From assembly GCA_963924565.1 (NCBI GenBank), contig OZ004614.1:18972001-19036000 (forward strand): DNA of 64,000 nt, in the 5' to 3' direction. This document shows positions 42,525-54,290 of this stretch, one piece after another. How positions within the stretch are numbered: position 1 is the stretch's first letter; every line of letters begins with the position of its first letter. This stretch comes from Ascidiella aspersa (taxonomy: Eukaryota). The notes under the pieces are model-generated. The model searched no databases. It was not told where the DNA came from and saw only the letters and a program-made list of their open reading frames with translations. The position numbers were made by a program, and so were the translations under genes.

Positions 42525-45500
42525 ATTCATCTGCTACCACAGGCTGCTTAATCCGCAAGCCATTTCAGCTCCTGTACCAAAGAGTTTTTTTCACACTTTA
42601 CCCAACATTGATACAAAACAGTTAATAACTTAACCAGCAATCTGCGTATAACGATCGTTTTAATCAAAGATCGCTTGTCACCAACTTTTTGCCAGCAAGT
42701 TCTTTCTTTTGCGCCCTTGATTTGTAAATAAAATTTCCAAATACAAAATTTTAACTTTTAGCAATAGACATTGCCTTTTTTGTAAAATCAGCGTAAGTGC
42801 AGTCAATTTGCTTGAACGTGTATCACAAGGGTGGAATATATATCTTCATTTGTCTTGTCGTAAAAATAAAAAAGGTTATACCGATAATTCATTCAAACAG
42901 CGAAATAATATCATTTTCCACATTACCGTACAATATCTATCCATGAGGGTGGAAATGTAGTTTATCTAATAAGGTTTTGATGCAAAGTTCCAATTAAGAC
43001 GTTGGGGGTTCCCAACCTTTTTTACATCTTAGCCCCCTATGAAAAATTTGAGGAATCAATGCCCCCATATTTTTCTAAACGTTTTAAAAAAATAAGAAAC
43101 TTCATTTTAAATGATAATACTGTTAACCTGTAGTTAGTTTAGAATAATAAAATGATATAAATACAACACCAGGGACGTGCAGTCAGGGGAAGCAGGTGAG
43201 ACACTGCCTCACTTGTCAACATCTGGCAAAGCAAAAGATCAAGCAAAAGTTATATCAGTTATATTTAGGTTTCTATACCTAAATCGTGCTTTATTTTTCT
43301 TCTATTTCTGTTGCGTTATTCATATCAAGCGTTCACGCAGTCAAAATCATTAAAATACGCGAAGAGAGGCAACGCCAAACCGTGACTCTCTTCACAAAAG
43401 TGCCATACACTGCATTATGCGTGCCTTTTTGTTTCGCAAATTCTCTCGGAAAACATGATGAACGATTTAGCTATGTTTTGAGGCATGCCTCAATTGTGAG
43501 TTGTGACGTCCAAGCTATAAAACTTTTCTTCGTCCAGCTTGAATGCCCGCATAGTACGTGTACATTGACTTCTTGCAGTTTAAAGCTCTAAAGTTAAGGT
43601 CATAATTAAAGGCAGACCTGATGCAAATTTAAAAGTTTTGCATCAGACGACTGGACAAAAAAATAACACACAACTTAAGAGATTGGTAAAAAAGAAGTGG
43701 ATGTGTGGCTGTCACAGGCGTAGCCAGGGGGCCATGGCCACCCAAAAATTTATAAATATTGTGCTCTTAAAAATAATTTGTTTTGTAGCTTTTATGAGCA
43801 GTGGTCTATCACAACAGTCGACCACAGGCATGCCACACCTTCGATTGTCATTCACTGTTACGTCATAAATGATGTAGTCATTGTTACGTTTGCTATATTA
43901 ATGTAATTTTACTACTTTTTTTCCATTTTTTTTGCTCTCTGAATGGTTTTTGAGTGTTTTTTTTTTAATTTTCAATAGTACGATACCGTTTTTGTGGTTG
44001 TTAAAAAAAACTGGACTCGAAAAATTTTGTGCCTCACCATCTAGAAACCTCACCGCATCCTCACCGCACGTCACACAATAAACATGATGGTACATTATTT
44101 ATTTATTACTAGGGCGATATTTTGTTACTTTTTTCAAGTCAAAGTCGATCAAATATGCACACAAATCGTTTACAAAAGAAAAAAACTCTAGTAAGATTTT
44201 CAAAACAGTCGTTCAATTAAAATGTTATCGTAAAAAATAGCTTTGAGTATTATATTCAACGACATTTTAACTGTATTATGTCTTCTTAATATAGGGTATA
44301 CGAGCTTGCAGAATTACCCAGGCCTAGTTTATCGCATTGGGCTCACCTCGAACTTCGTTTTGCATTACAGTTTGTTTATCTGATTTGGACAAACTTATTG
44401 AACAATATCTGTTGTCTTTTTCACTTGTGAATTGCAATTATCCAATTTCCTATTTAGACAGGGGTCCACAGTAATTTTATGGAATAATTTTTATGTTGTG
44501 TTTCAACTGTTAACACAACATTTTTCTACAACAATCAGCGTTTAGTTTGTTTGTATTTTTCAAATGACGAAAATAATAACTAAGCATTTTCACGAGTTTT
44601 GCTTAAACGCGAAAGTGTAACTGATTTGCAATCGCCCATTGTCAGTAAAGCATCTATAAAACGTGTGGTTGACGATGCCAAGACACGAATGGAGTACTTA
44701 AAACAACAATATGGGGTTTAAATCAAATGTAGTTCTTATCTAAAAGGTTAAAATTTGGTCAAAAAATATATTTTTTGGTCAAAATGTCTTACAAATTCAG
44801 TTAATGTTATGGTTGAACTTGTTTTTGCTCTGACAATGTCCTAATTGAGGGCTTAATGGTGGAAAAACCCAGCCGCATGTCATACTAACTATCCAACACA
44901 TTGCGCTGCTTCGTCTTCAGAAGTAATATTGTTGAAAACCCATATTCATAACGATATGTTGATGGAAAAGGCAGCAGCAATGGCATGACAATATCATTAG
45001 GCTTACTGTCCTTGTCAAAGCTAAATCGGGTTGTCGTCTTTATTGCGGCCTTTTGGTTCGTTAAATTTTATTTATTTTTTTGTTATAGTGGAGACTTAGA
45101 GATATTAAACTGAAAAAATGTATTTTTAACTTTTTTTATGGGGCCCCTTGAAAAAGGCTCATGGGCCCCTAGGGAACCATGGCCCTCAGGATGTTTTAGT
45201 GTTATGTTGTTTCAACAAAGTAAGCACTTCAAAGTTGGTTATAATTTGCGTTTGTTTGTATATTATATGTTACATAATTAATGCTCTTATTTCAGTTAGA
45301 TTTTTTAGGAAAATCTAGACAAATTAACTGGGCGTTAATACGTTTAAATTATATGAGCCGTAAAACTACTCGCCGAAGTATTGGTTGCGTTGGCCTAAAA
45401 CTGTACACGCCTCCATTAATGTGTATAAAGCGAGAAATTAGTAAGGTACATCTGCGCATAGCTGTTGTAGTTTATATATAACCTACATCAATGTTATCAA

Positions 45501-48500
45501 AATATTTAACAATTCTTTTTACTTCAGGGGCCAATGTTTCATGTTGGATCTGCAGCTAACTATAGGCGATCATCTCTGCCTAATAAAACACACTAGTTAT
45601 ACAAATATCTAAATTTAATATATAAGTTATTATTTTAAAAGCAACGCCCTAGCTGACAATTAAAGCGCAGTGCTCCAGTATTACTTAAAAGTTACTTAAT
45701 TATGGGCGGATCCGGGACACGGCCAGAAACAACTCAGATATAACGTCATAATTTGACGTCACAAAAGAAATCGAAATAAACCTGGTGTTCTTGAGCAAAC
45801 TTTATGAAACAGAAGACGAGTCCAAATCATGCCCCTATTTGATGTTAATAGGCCCGACATGTAATCTCGGAAACTTAAAATAACATTTCCGTTAACAGGT
45901 TTAAAAATACAAAAAAAAATCGTGTAAAGTCGCGCCGAAAAAAGAAAATTACTCAGCAAAACCTAGAAAAAGACAAGAAAATATAAAAATTAATAAAGTT
46001 AAATAATTATCAAAAAATAAACTTGTAGAGGGTGGTGGTTGATACCCAGGTACTCCCATACACCAGCCTATGGTGTATAATTAAAAAATGACTATACTCT
46101 TGTAGGAGTGAAACAAAAGAGGAACAAATGCAGTAATGTGTGTGATTTAAAATTGTATTTGGAGCGCATTGGCGTGGGTGGTGTCCTATTTATAATTTAA
46201 TTGAAAGCGATTTTGACGTTGCAATTTGTGCGCCACGGGCCATTGAAGGCTAGCTGGAATTGATTGATTTCACAGCTGCAGAGTAACGCCATCATGCGTA
46301 CAACGTGCAAAAAACAGCAGCTTCGTTTCGGAGTAAGTAAACCTCGGGACGTTACCTGTTGTTCTGTCCTGCTCTGCAATTCGACTTTTTTACATAGAAA
46401 CTAAAGAATAGGTGCAACGAATATTCCTAGGATTGTCAAATTGCATTTGTAACGGAAACACTATAAGACAGGGGTGTCAAATGATTCCTGCCACGATCCA
46501 CCACAGCCAAACCCGACAACATGATGATCCACCAAATGCGAATAGTAAACATATTGGACACGCTTGAATTTTTATGGTGCTTTATTTATGTAAAGGTACC
46601 CTACAACATATTGTTAACTTTGTAAAAGTCAAAGGGAAGTGTGCTACAGCACCAAGATTGTTTCAGTGAGAAAAATGATGAGTTGGTTAAGACCAGGGGC
46701 CGGCAACCTTTTTCTAGTCGCGGTTCAACACCAAACTCAGAAAGGTCTTTGTGGGCCGCACAAAATGTTAACTCAGAATTGTGTTATTAAAATGTTAGAA
46801 CAACTTTTAATCAGGCGGACCAAAGTGTTGGCGCAAAGCGAGAGAAAACGCGTTGTTTGGTTTAAAATTCGAGCCCAAACTTCGTCATCCTTACTAATAA
46901 TTAAAAGTGTAATAAAACTTCTTTGAAGAAACGCGATAACTTTAATAGTTAATCTTTGTTTAGTGTTTGCTAACCTTGAAGTCAGGGCGCACGTGGCGAG
47001 CGAGCGAGCGCGAATTTTTCTTAGGTATACCGGCATTTCTTTTAAATTTCTTGCAAGTTTTTATTACATTGCCGAAAATACAAAATGTTTAAAAATATAT
47101 GTCCAATATTTTTAATGCTATTTCCATTAACGGTAACGAAACGCTGATCTATTTCAAAGGACCGCATCAAAACGTAAACAAGCCGGACGAAGAAAGATGA
47201 TTCGCGCGAAGCGGGGAAATTTTTTAAACTTACGTAGTTAAAATAGTCAAAAAGTATTTAAAATGGACTCGTATCTAGTTTGGAGGGGGAGCGGGGCGCA
47301 TCCGGCCGGGAGGCTGTAGGTTGCCGATCGACCCATGTTTCAAACTTTAGGTCGCTGATCGATATCCTCAAACGATCACATTAGTATTTGGGAGTCTCGT
47401 TTTAAACTTGATTTTTTTGCAAAATCCATCAACACCGATAATTGGTATTCACATGAAAACACTGTAGAAAGTTTATTTTTTCAAGACTACATTAGTAGAT
47501 CCGAACAAAACGCTGAGAAGATCCGGAACCGGATCGCGATCAGCTATTTGAACATGACCGCTATAAGAGATTATTATAAGGAAGAAAACGCGAAAACCTA
47601 AAATAAAAGCATTAAAATAACATCAGAAACAAGAGATTACCACTCAACAGGCAGAACGTGCTGCCTCGAATTGTAATTCACATATTTTGATTCTTTTCTC
47701 GCAGTGTTGCTTTGTATCTGAGCCTGTTTGATTCGCCTTTGCATTGCAGGAGAATATAAAGCACAACCTCTAGACACCGCGTATTGCTTCATGGCGTTAC
47801 ACCTGAGAACTGTTGTGAGAGACGTCATAAAGCACCATCCATGTTGTCTAACCGTTTTTTATTAACATAAATAGAAAGTTTTTTTTTATTAACATTTTAA
47901 TTTATTTGCTGTCGCGAATTTCATTAAAGCTGAAAGACGTGTCCATTGTAATCAAAAGGAATCGATAATGACACGATGACCTGCTAAATGTTCGCGCTGC
48001 TGTTTTTTGTACTGTAGCCTAGATTTTTTGGTAAGTTTGTATGAATTTTGTGGTATCTCTTTCGACTAAATTAAATTTGAACAACATGCGGTTAATTGAT
48101 TTTCATTTTATTATTTTCGGAACTGTAGATTCCGCAGGAAACATTTTTTAAATTTATTTATTCACTGAGTATTAAAAGTAACCGTTTGCAAAACAACTGA
48201 ATTTTATTCTATTAAATGTTCATTATTTGCGATAAATTTATTATTTATTTGCTCACATTAGACTATTTCGTTAATTCATAAATCCTTTTTATGGAAAGTG
48301 TACAATACCACTGGCAAACCGGCAAAACGTTTAACAAATCCTAATACAATCTCTATAAATATATATGATGTAAGTTAAGTTAAGTGTGAGTTTTGCGGCT
48401 ATGAACAGTTTAAGCCAGATCAATGTTAAGCAAATAATTTTATATTCGCTTTATATTTTCTCGTAAGCGCTAATCATGTACGTAATCATGTAAAACCAAA

Positions 48501-48762
48501 TAATTATGTCATGGTACGCGCTGTCGTCGTTTTTACGCGAAACCTTAAATCTAAAATTACAATAAAGGTTAAAAATAAAAGCTGAAATCCCATAATTGTG
48601 CGTGGCCTACATGAATTGACTATCTATGGTGTATTTCGGTATAGGAACGAAGTCCGGGAGTTTTGTTACATCTGTTCATAGAAATGGATATCATGTTACA
48701 AAATCTAAATGGGCATTTGGGAAGTCATTTCGCGAAACAAGTGAAAAAGTTGATTGTGGCAA

Positions 48763-48814
48763 TATAAATAGACTTCCGCTTGTCCGACTCGCCTATTCAA
48801 ACAAAAATATAAAA
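48763..48814 (+). promoter_or_regulatory. Candidate TATA boxes of the WYD precursor gene
   Basis: TATAAATA at 48763-70 and TATAAAA at 48808-14, about 80 and 35 bp before the ATG. An alternative is an upstream non-coding exon (donor 48030|gtaagt, acceptor catag|48831). Confidence 0.45.
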
Positions 48815-48843
48815 AGGGTCGCTTCCATAGTTGAACAGCAATC

Positions 48844-50580
48844 ATGAAAATGTTGTCTAAAGGAGTTTATATCATATTGTTTCAAGTCCTTTTCCACCTT
48901 TGCAATGGAAAGGCGTTAGTTAAAAAAAAACATGTTTCTGGCAGAGCTTGGTACGATTCCAAGTCACTCGATTCGCATCCAAGATCTTGGTACGATGACA
49001 AATCTCAAGATGTTTCTGACAGAGCTTGGTACGATTCTAAGTCACTCGATGCGCATCCAAGATCTTGGTACGATGAGAAATCTAAAGAAGTTTCCGACAG
49101 AGCTTGGTACGATTCTAAGTCACTCGATGCGCATCCAAGATCTTGGTACGATGAGAAATCTCAAGATGTTTCCGACAGAGCTTGGTACGATTCTAAGTCA
49201 CTCGATGCGCATCCAAGATCTTGGTACGATTCTAAGTCACTCGATGAGCATCCAAGATCTTGGTACGATGAGAAATCTCAAGATGTTTCCGACAGAGCTT
49301 GGTACGATTCTAAGTCACTCGATGCGTACCCAAGATCTTGGTACGATGAGAAATCTCAAGATGTTTCCGACAGAGCTTGGTACGATTCTAAGTCACTCGA
49401 TGCGCATCCAAGATCTTGGTACGATGAGAAATCTCAAGATGTTTCCGACAGAGCTTGGTACGATTCTAAGTCACTCGATGCGTACCCAAGATCTTGGTAC
49501 GATGAGAAATCTCAAGATGTTTCCGACAGAGCTTGGTACGATTCTAAGTCACTCGATGCGCATCCAAGATCTTGGTACGATTCTAAGTCACTCGATGAGC
49601 ATCCAAGATCTTGGTACGATGAGAAATCTCAAGATGTTTCCGACAGAGCTTGGTACGATTCTAAGTCACTCGATGCGCATCCAAGATCTTGGTACGATGT
49701 AAAGTCTCAAGATGTTTCCGACAGAGCTTGGTACGATTCTAAGTCACTCGATGAGCATCCAAGATCTTGGTACGATGAGAAATCTCAAGATGTTTCCGAC
49801 AGAGCTTGGTATGATTCTATGTCACCCGATGAACATCCACGATCTTGGTACGATGTAAAGTCTCAAGATGTTTCCGACAGAGCTTGGTACGATTCTAAGT
49901 CACTCGATGCGCATCCAAGATCTTGGTACGATGAGAAATCTCAAGATGTTTCCGACAGAGCTTGGTACGATTCTAAGTCACTCGATGCGCATCCAAGATC
50001 TTGGTACGATGAGAAATCTCAAGATGTTTCCGACAGAGCTTGGTACGATTCTAAGTCACTCGATGCGTACCCAAGATCTTGGTACGATGAGAAATCTCAA
50101 GATGTTTCCGACAGAGCTTGGTACGATTCTAAGTCACTCGATGCGCATCCAAGATCTTGGTACGATGAGAAATCTCAAGATGTTTCCGACAGAGCTTGGT
50201 ACGATTCTAAGTCACTCGATGCGCATCCAAGATCTTGGTACGATTCTAAGTCACTCGATGAGCATCCAAGATCTTGGTACGATGAGAAATCTCAAGATGT
50301 TTCCGACAGAGCTTGGTACGATTCTAAGTCACTCGATGCGCATCCAAGATCTTGGTACGATGTAAAGTCTCAAGATGTTTCCGACAGAGCTTGGTACGAT
50401 TCTAAGTCACTCGATGAGCATCCAAGATCTTGGTACGATGAGAAATCTCAAGATGTTTCCGACAGAGCTTGGTACGATTCTAAGTCACTCGATGCGTACC
50501 CAAGATCTTGGTACGATACCACATCGTCTGATGCATATATCCGGTCGTGGTATGATACAGGAAAGGATAACGGCAACTAA
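48844..50580 (+). CDS. Secreted multi-core peptide precursor (578 aa): signal peptide, Lys-rich pro-segment, 42 x 13-aa R[AS]WYD repeats
   Basis: Uninterrupted 1737-nt ORF. Hydrophobic N-terminus MKMLSKGVYIILFQVLFHLCNG, then KALVKKKHVSG, then 42 units (19 RAWYD, 23 RSWYD; last unit 12 aa). TATA-like boxes at 48763-48770 and 48808-48814; AATAAA at 50766. The last unit encodes RSWYD with different synonymous codons (CGG TCG TGG TAT GAT vs AGA TCT TGG TAC GAT), which identifies this as the selected frame. Confidence 0.92.
   Translation: MKMLSKGVYIILFQVLFHLCNGKALVKKKHVSGRAWYDSKSLDSHPRSWYDDKSQDVSDRAWYDSKSLDAHPRSWYDEKSKEVSDRAWYDSKSLDAHPRSWYDEKSQDVSDRAWYDSKSLDAHPRSWYDSKSLDEHPRSWYDEKSQDVSDRAWYDSKSLDAYPRSWYDEKSQDVSDRAWYDSKSLDAHPRSWYDEKSQDVSDRAWYDSKSLDAYPRSWYDEKSQDVSDRAWYDSKSLDAHPRSWYDSKSLDEHPRSWYDEKSQDVSDRAWYDSKSLDAHPRSWYDVKSQDVSDRAWYDSKSLDEHPRSWYDEKSQDVSDRAWYDSMSPDEHPRSWYDVKSQDVSDRAWYDSKSLDAHPRSWYDEKSQDVSDRAWYDSKSLDAHPRSWYDEKSQDVSDRAWYDSKSLDAYPRSWYDEKSQDVSDRAWYDSKSLDAHPRSWYDEKSQDVSDRAWYDSKSLDAHPRSWYDSKSLDEHPRSWYDEKSQDVSDRAWYDSKSLDAHPRSWYDVKSQDVSDRAWYDSKSLDEHPRSWYDEKSQDVSDRAWYDSKSLDAYPRSWYDTTSSDAYIRSWYDTGKDNGN
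48943..50577 (+). repeat. Coding minisatellite, 39-bp unit arranged mostly as a 78-bp A/B dimer
   Basis: AGA(G/T)CTTGGTACGAT recurs every 39 bp with two alternating spacer types (SKSLDAHP / EKSQDVSD). Units 15-22 recur as units 32-39. Confidence 0.97.
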
Positions 50581-51466
50581 TTTGGTAAGGAACTGTTTAT
50601 ATTTTGATGAAAGAACAGTTTTTGCAATTTTGATACATAATTTAAATTGTGTTATTTTTAGATTACCGCTCAACCTGGAGTGTTGTTTGCTGGAGTGGAA
50701 ATCTTTGTACATTTCTATATAACCAAGAACATTTCTATATAACCAAGAGCTTTTGAATTTTCAGTAATAAAATAAATGCATTTATCCTGGGTGGTTCTGT
50801 ACCAATCTTCTCTAGGTTTTCACTGGACCAAAAAGTAACCCGCACAACAGTTTTAAATAGACAAAACCGAACAATGATAATTCAAAGGCTGGTAAAGGTT
50901 TTGGGCAGGGACACTGTCACACAAAAGCACCAAATATTTTATATTTGAAACAAACGCTTACATAACTAGCTAACATTAACTAAACTTATTCTCTTATGGT
51001 TGATTTTTAAGCCTTTAATTAAAATCTGGGCAGTTTCCCTCCGATTAATATTGTAATTGGAACGTATTGTTGCAGATCATATAGTATAGGGAACAAGGCT
51101 GTTCAAAAGATTTGGCGTTAAATCCTTGTCGAAAAGTTCGCCGCCCTTGTGAATGCAATGAACAATAGCATTTCTGTCGTATATATTGCAGAATGTTCCG
51201 CAAGATTTTGAACAAAATTATCACAAGCTATATGCTATTCCTATCTGAGCGTGTAGCGCGACGAAATGGAAATTCAAGGGCAAAAAAATTTACTGGCGAT
51301 ATGAACAGTGTTTATGTGTGTATTGATATTAACGACTATAATAAGTGGCTTCAGAAAAAGTAATCGAGAATGGTATAGCATAATAATTATAAAACAGTGA
51401 TTAGGTGGCCACAGCTTTAAAATACGCAAATCTGGGATGATCCCGCAAAATATCACAGTTTAAACC

Positions 51467-52045
51467 TGTTACGCCACACCGCGACTTGTGCACTGGGGCC
51501 TGGCTCCTGACCGGGGTCGCAACCGCGTAAGTTCTTGTTGGTCTGGCGAAGGTTTCTGGTTAGATATGGTACCGGTCAAAACCACCTGATATGCTACCTG
51601 TCAAAAACTGAAATACCAATCAAAAGTATATTGGTACAATGTGCAGTAACGTTATCAAATAGCATTAGTGAACGTATATTTATTTTCAAGTTAATGTGAG
51701 ACAGACAGTCACCGCCTATTGCAGCGACTGTCGGCTAAGACTGCCCAAAAGACTTCTCTAGAAAATGCCGCAAAGCCGCTTAGAAACGACATATATAGCC
51801 AATACGTAGCAACAAGTGGCTTGTTGTGCAGGACATGAGACCGCCGCTCGCAAGACTGACAGTTGTAGATTACGAGATTGAAGGTTTCATTTTAAGTTTG
51901 AAACGAGGCGAGCGAACGTACAAAAACTCAGTAATTTTGCAATTAAATCGACGAATTGCTCTACCCGCGCAATAACACAAAATTAATTAATTTAGGTGTT
52001 TAATTAATTAATTTAGGTGTTCAATTTGTTTGTGAACACGTAGCA
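51467..52045 (-). mobile_element. Solo LTR (579 bp)
   Basis: Only in unit C. Ends TGTTACG...CGTAGCA, 5-bp TSD AAACC (51462-66, 52046-50). TATA-like element (~51795) precedes AATAAA (~51682) on the minus strand. A 5-bp TSD fits BEL/Pao or Copia-type elements. Confidence 0.82.
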
Positions 52046-52988
52046 AAACCACTGTAATAAATACTTTACATATTTCATACCACGTTAAAGACGACATTAT
52101 ACTAAAACTGTTAAATACCCTAACGAACCAGGGGAACGCCGGGCATTTCTTCTAGCATAGTATATCCAAAATAAATCAAACATTACACAGTAATACAATT
52201 TTCAAACAGCCCTCCATAACACAAATACCAAAACACCGCCAAATAAAAAATTCATTTTTTTTTTCTTTGTAAATTTGGTTATGCTTGATCAAACATCAGA
52301 GGTATCTCGAGGCGTGGAATTTTCGACCTGGGTTTCAGCAGCCGCACTGCGTTATATAATCCTATGTTAGCAACGGATATAAAGATAGTACGGCTGAGCA
52401 CCTCGTAAATTCCTCGTTAAGGTGCTTGCAAAGTTAAGTGAGCAGAAGTGCAGTTAGGGCTCAGCGTAGGCTTGCTAAACCGCCTTGGCTGCAAAAACAC
52501 AGCGAGAAGGCCTCAAAGTGGGCCATGTGGGTTATGCGGTTGCATTCTAAGCGTGGCTTGGGTATCATTGATTAATCCATCACCATAGCTTGGCTGGTCC
52601 GATATTCATTTCTGTTGCAAAAAAATACTTCTGAAAGTATTTTTGATATTTTCTATGTTTTACATACAGACACAGAACGTATACTATACTTGATTAATCA
52701 CAACAACCAAAAAACAATCGGCAACAAAAAATGAAAATTTGAAACAAAAAATTCGTGATATGAGACAAGTTCTAACGTTTTGGGCTTAATGGCAGCTCAT
52801 ATATTCGTAAACTGAACGACACAACACAATAGAAAATATATTTGAAACCTATGTTTTTAACTGATAAAACGGGGCGAACAACTGAGGAGAAAACTATATA
52901 GCTTTATGTCTATTCTATTTTCCAATAAGCACAATTTTCTGGTTTAATAATTTTACCATATATCTTTGAACATTCTGATGAACTAAAT

Positions 52989-53621
52989 CAGGGCCGGTAA
53001 ATAAATCAGAGACAAAGAGTCAGATTTATTTTTGGTTAACTGCCAAGAGTCCCAACTCGAACGTGGGCAGAATAAAAATCACCTTACTGTCTCACTTAAA
53101 CACTTACTTTTTGGGTAGATTTATTAGAGATGTTGCACACTAACAATATTGCGTAGGATACAATTAGGAAATTTTTATTCACACATTTAAACAAATTGTT
53201 ATACAAAAACAATATGATCACTACAGGGATAGAATTTCGTTTGAAGGGGCATGGGAAAAACGTGACACCATCACATAAAGTCTCCGGCAAGATATGTAAC
53301 GGAAGTCAAGCGTAAACACGTTAAAAGCAATTGGGCGACAAATTCCTCAGCCCTTTAGAATTTAGCAACTGCCATGAGGTGCACGGCGTGTTTAAGCTGA
53401 CAAAATTTGTCAAAAACGAAGACATGTATAAATTTCAGAATTATTTCCCTCGAGGCAACATTTTTTTTTTGCATTATAGTGCTAAAAATAGGAAAAAAAT
53501 TCGGCAACCGATAATTGATACTGTGGATATACTAAAAAACTCAAACATAACATGAAGGTAAGAGCTGCATACAACTGGTTGAAGAGCCACATGCGGCTCA
53601 CGAGCTGCAGTTTGGTCACCC
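52989..53621. mobile_element. hAT-type MITE remnant next to the right breakpoint of the duplication
   Basis: cagggccgg...aagagtcagat start and aagagccacatgcggctcacgagctgcagtttggtcaccc end resemble MITE termini; TSD not resolved. Confidence 0.5.
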
Positions 53622-54074
53622 ATATGAGTCAAAGAAAACATACGTTGATTAACATTTACTTCGGGAAAAGAGGGGCGCTAAGATTCTAAACAATTGATGA
53701 GCCAATTTTATTCAACAAGCAACTAAAAAGGTAGAAAAAATGTTGACGAAATTAGCCTGGGTGGAGACAAAAGGTTTCTTGACAAAAGCATTTTTGCTTT
53801 ACGCGGCATTTTCAATTGATATTTTGAAAAAAAAAACAAGTAAAATCAGGTGACATTTATACGTGTAAAGGTATATTTTACAGGTTATTAGTATAAATTT
53901 TCTCTAGGGTTGAAAAGTTGAGTAACGTTCAGTGGTTAACCTTATTTTGTTTCGACTCATCCGACATTGGATCTACTGCCATTGCATTATGCCTCACCAC
54001 AGTTTTTATTGTACATGATTTCTCTTATATTTCCTTCCTTTGACGATAATTAAGTTAATAAAGTTCGACAAAAA

Positions 54075-54290
54075 ATATTATATAAATTTAACAAACAGCT
54101 CCTCTTGTAAGCTTAATCTTGTACCAACGTTTCAGGAACCTATATGAAGGCCGCCTTCGTTAGGGTGAATGACACTGAACGAACGAGCGTCATTCACCCA
54201 GACGAAGGCGGCTTGCATAGGTTACCGAAACTCGCATAGGTTGGTAAAGAATTGAAATTACTAGAGGAGCTGTTTTTTTATTTATATTAC
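54075..54290. mobile_element. Degenerate inverted repeat, Penelope-like remnant
   Basis: Arms gccgccttcgttagggtgaatgac / gtcattcacccagacgaaggcggc and aaacagctcctct / agaggagctgttt; decayed core CAGACGAAG...CGAAAC. Confidence 0.6.

Larger units (their letters stand above)
40040..52984 (+). repeat. Tandem segmental duplication unit C (holds the intact WYD gene)
   Basis: Homology to A/B ends at tctgatgaact (52984). The right part is diverged and differs in TE content. Confidence 0.93.

Noticed and set aside
48943-50577. CRISPR-like look (palindromic repeat plus spacers)
   Set aside because: Spacers are themselves repeated, the period is a multiple of 3 and in frame, there are no cas genes, and the context is eukaryotic.
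48932-50722. Overlapping ORFs with MRIQDLGTMRNLKMFPTELGTILSHS repeats (also 24500 and 36565)
   Set aside because: Shadow frame of the WYD repeat: no signal peptide, broken by stops at the GTA AAG variants, and synonymous changes favour the WYD frame.
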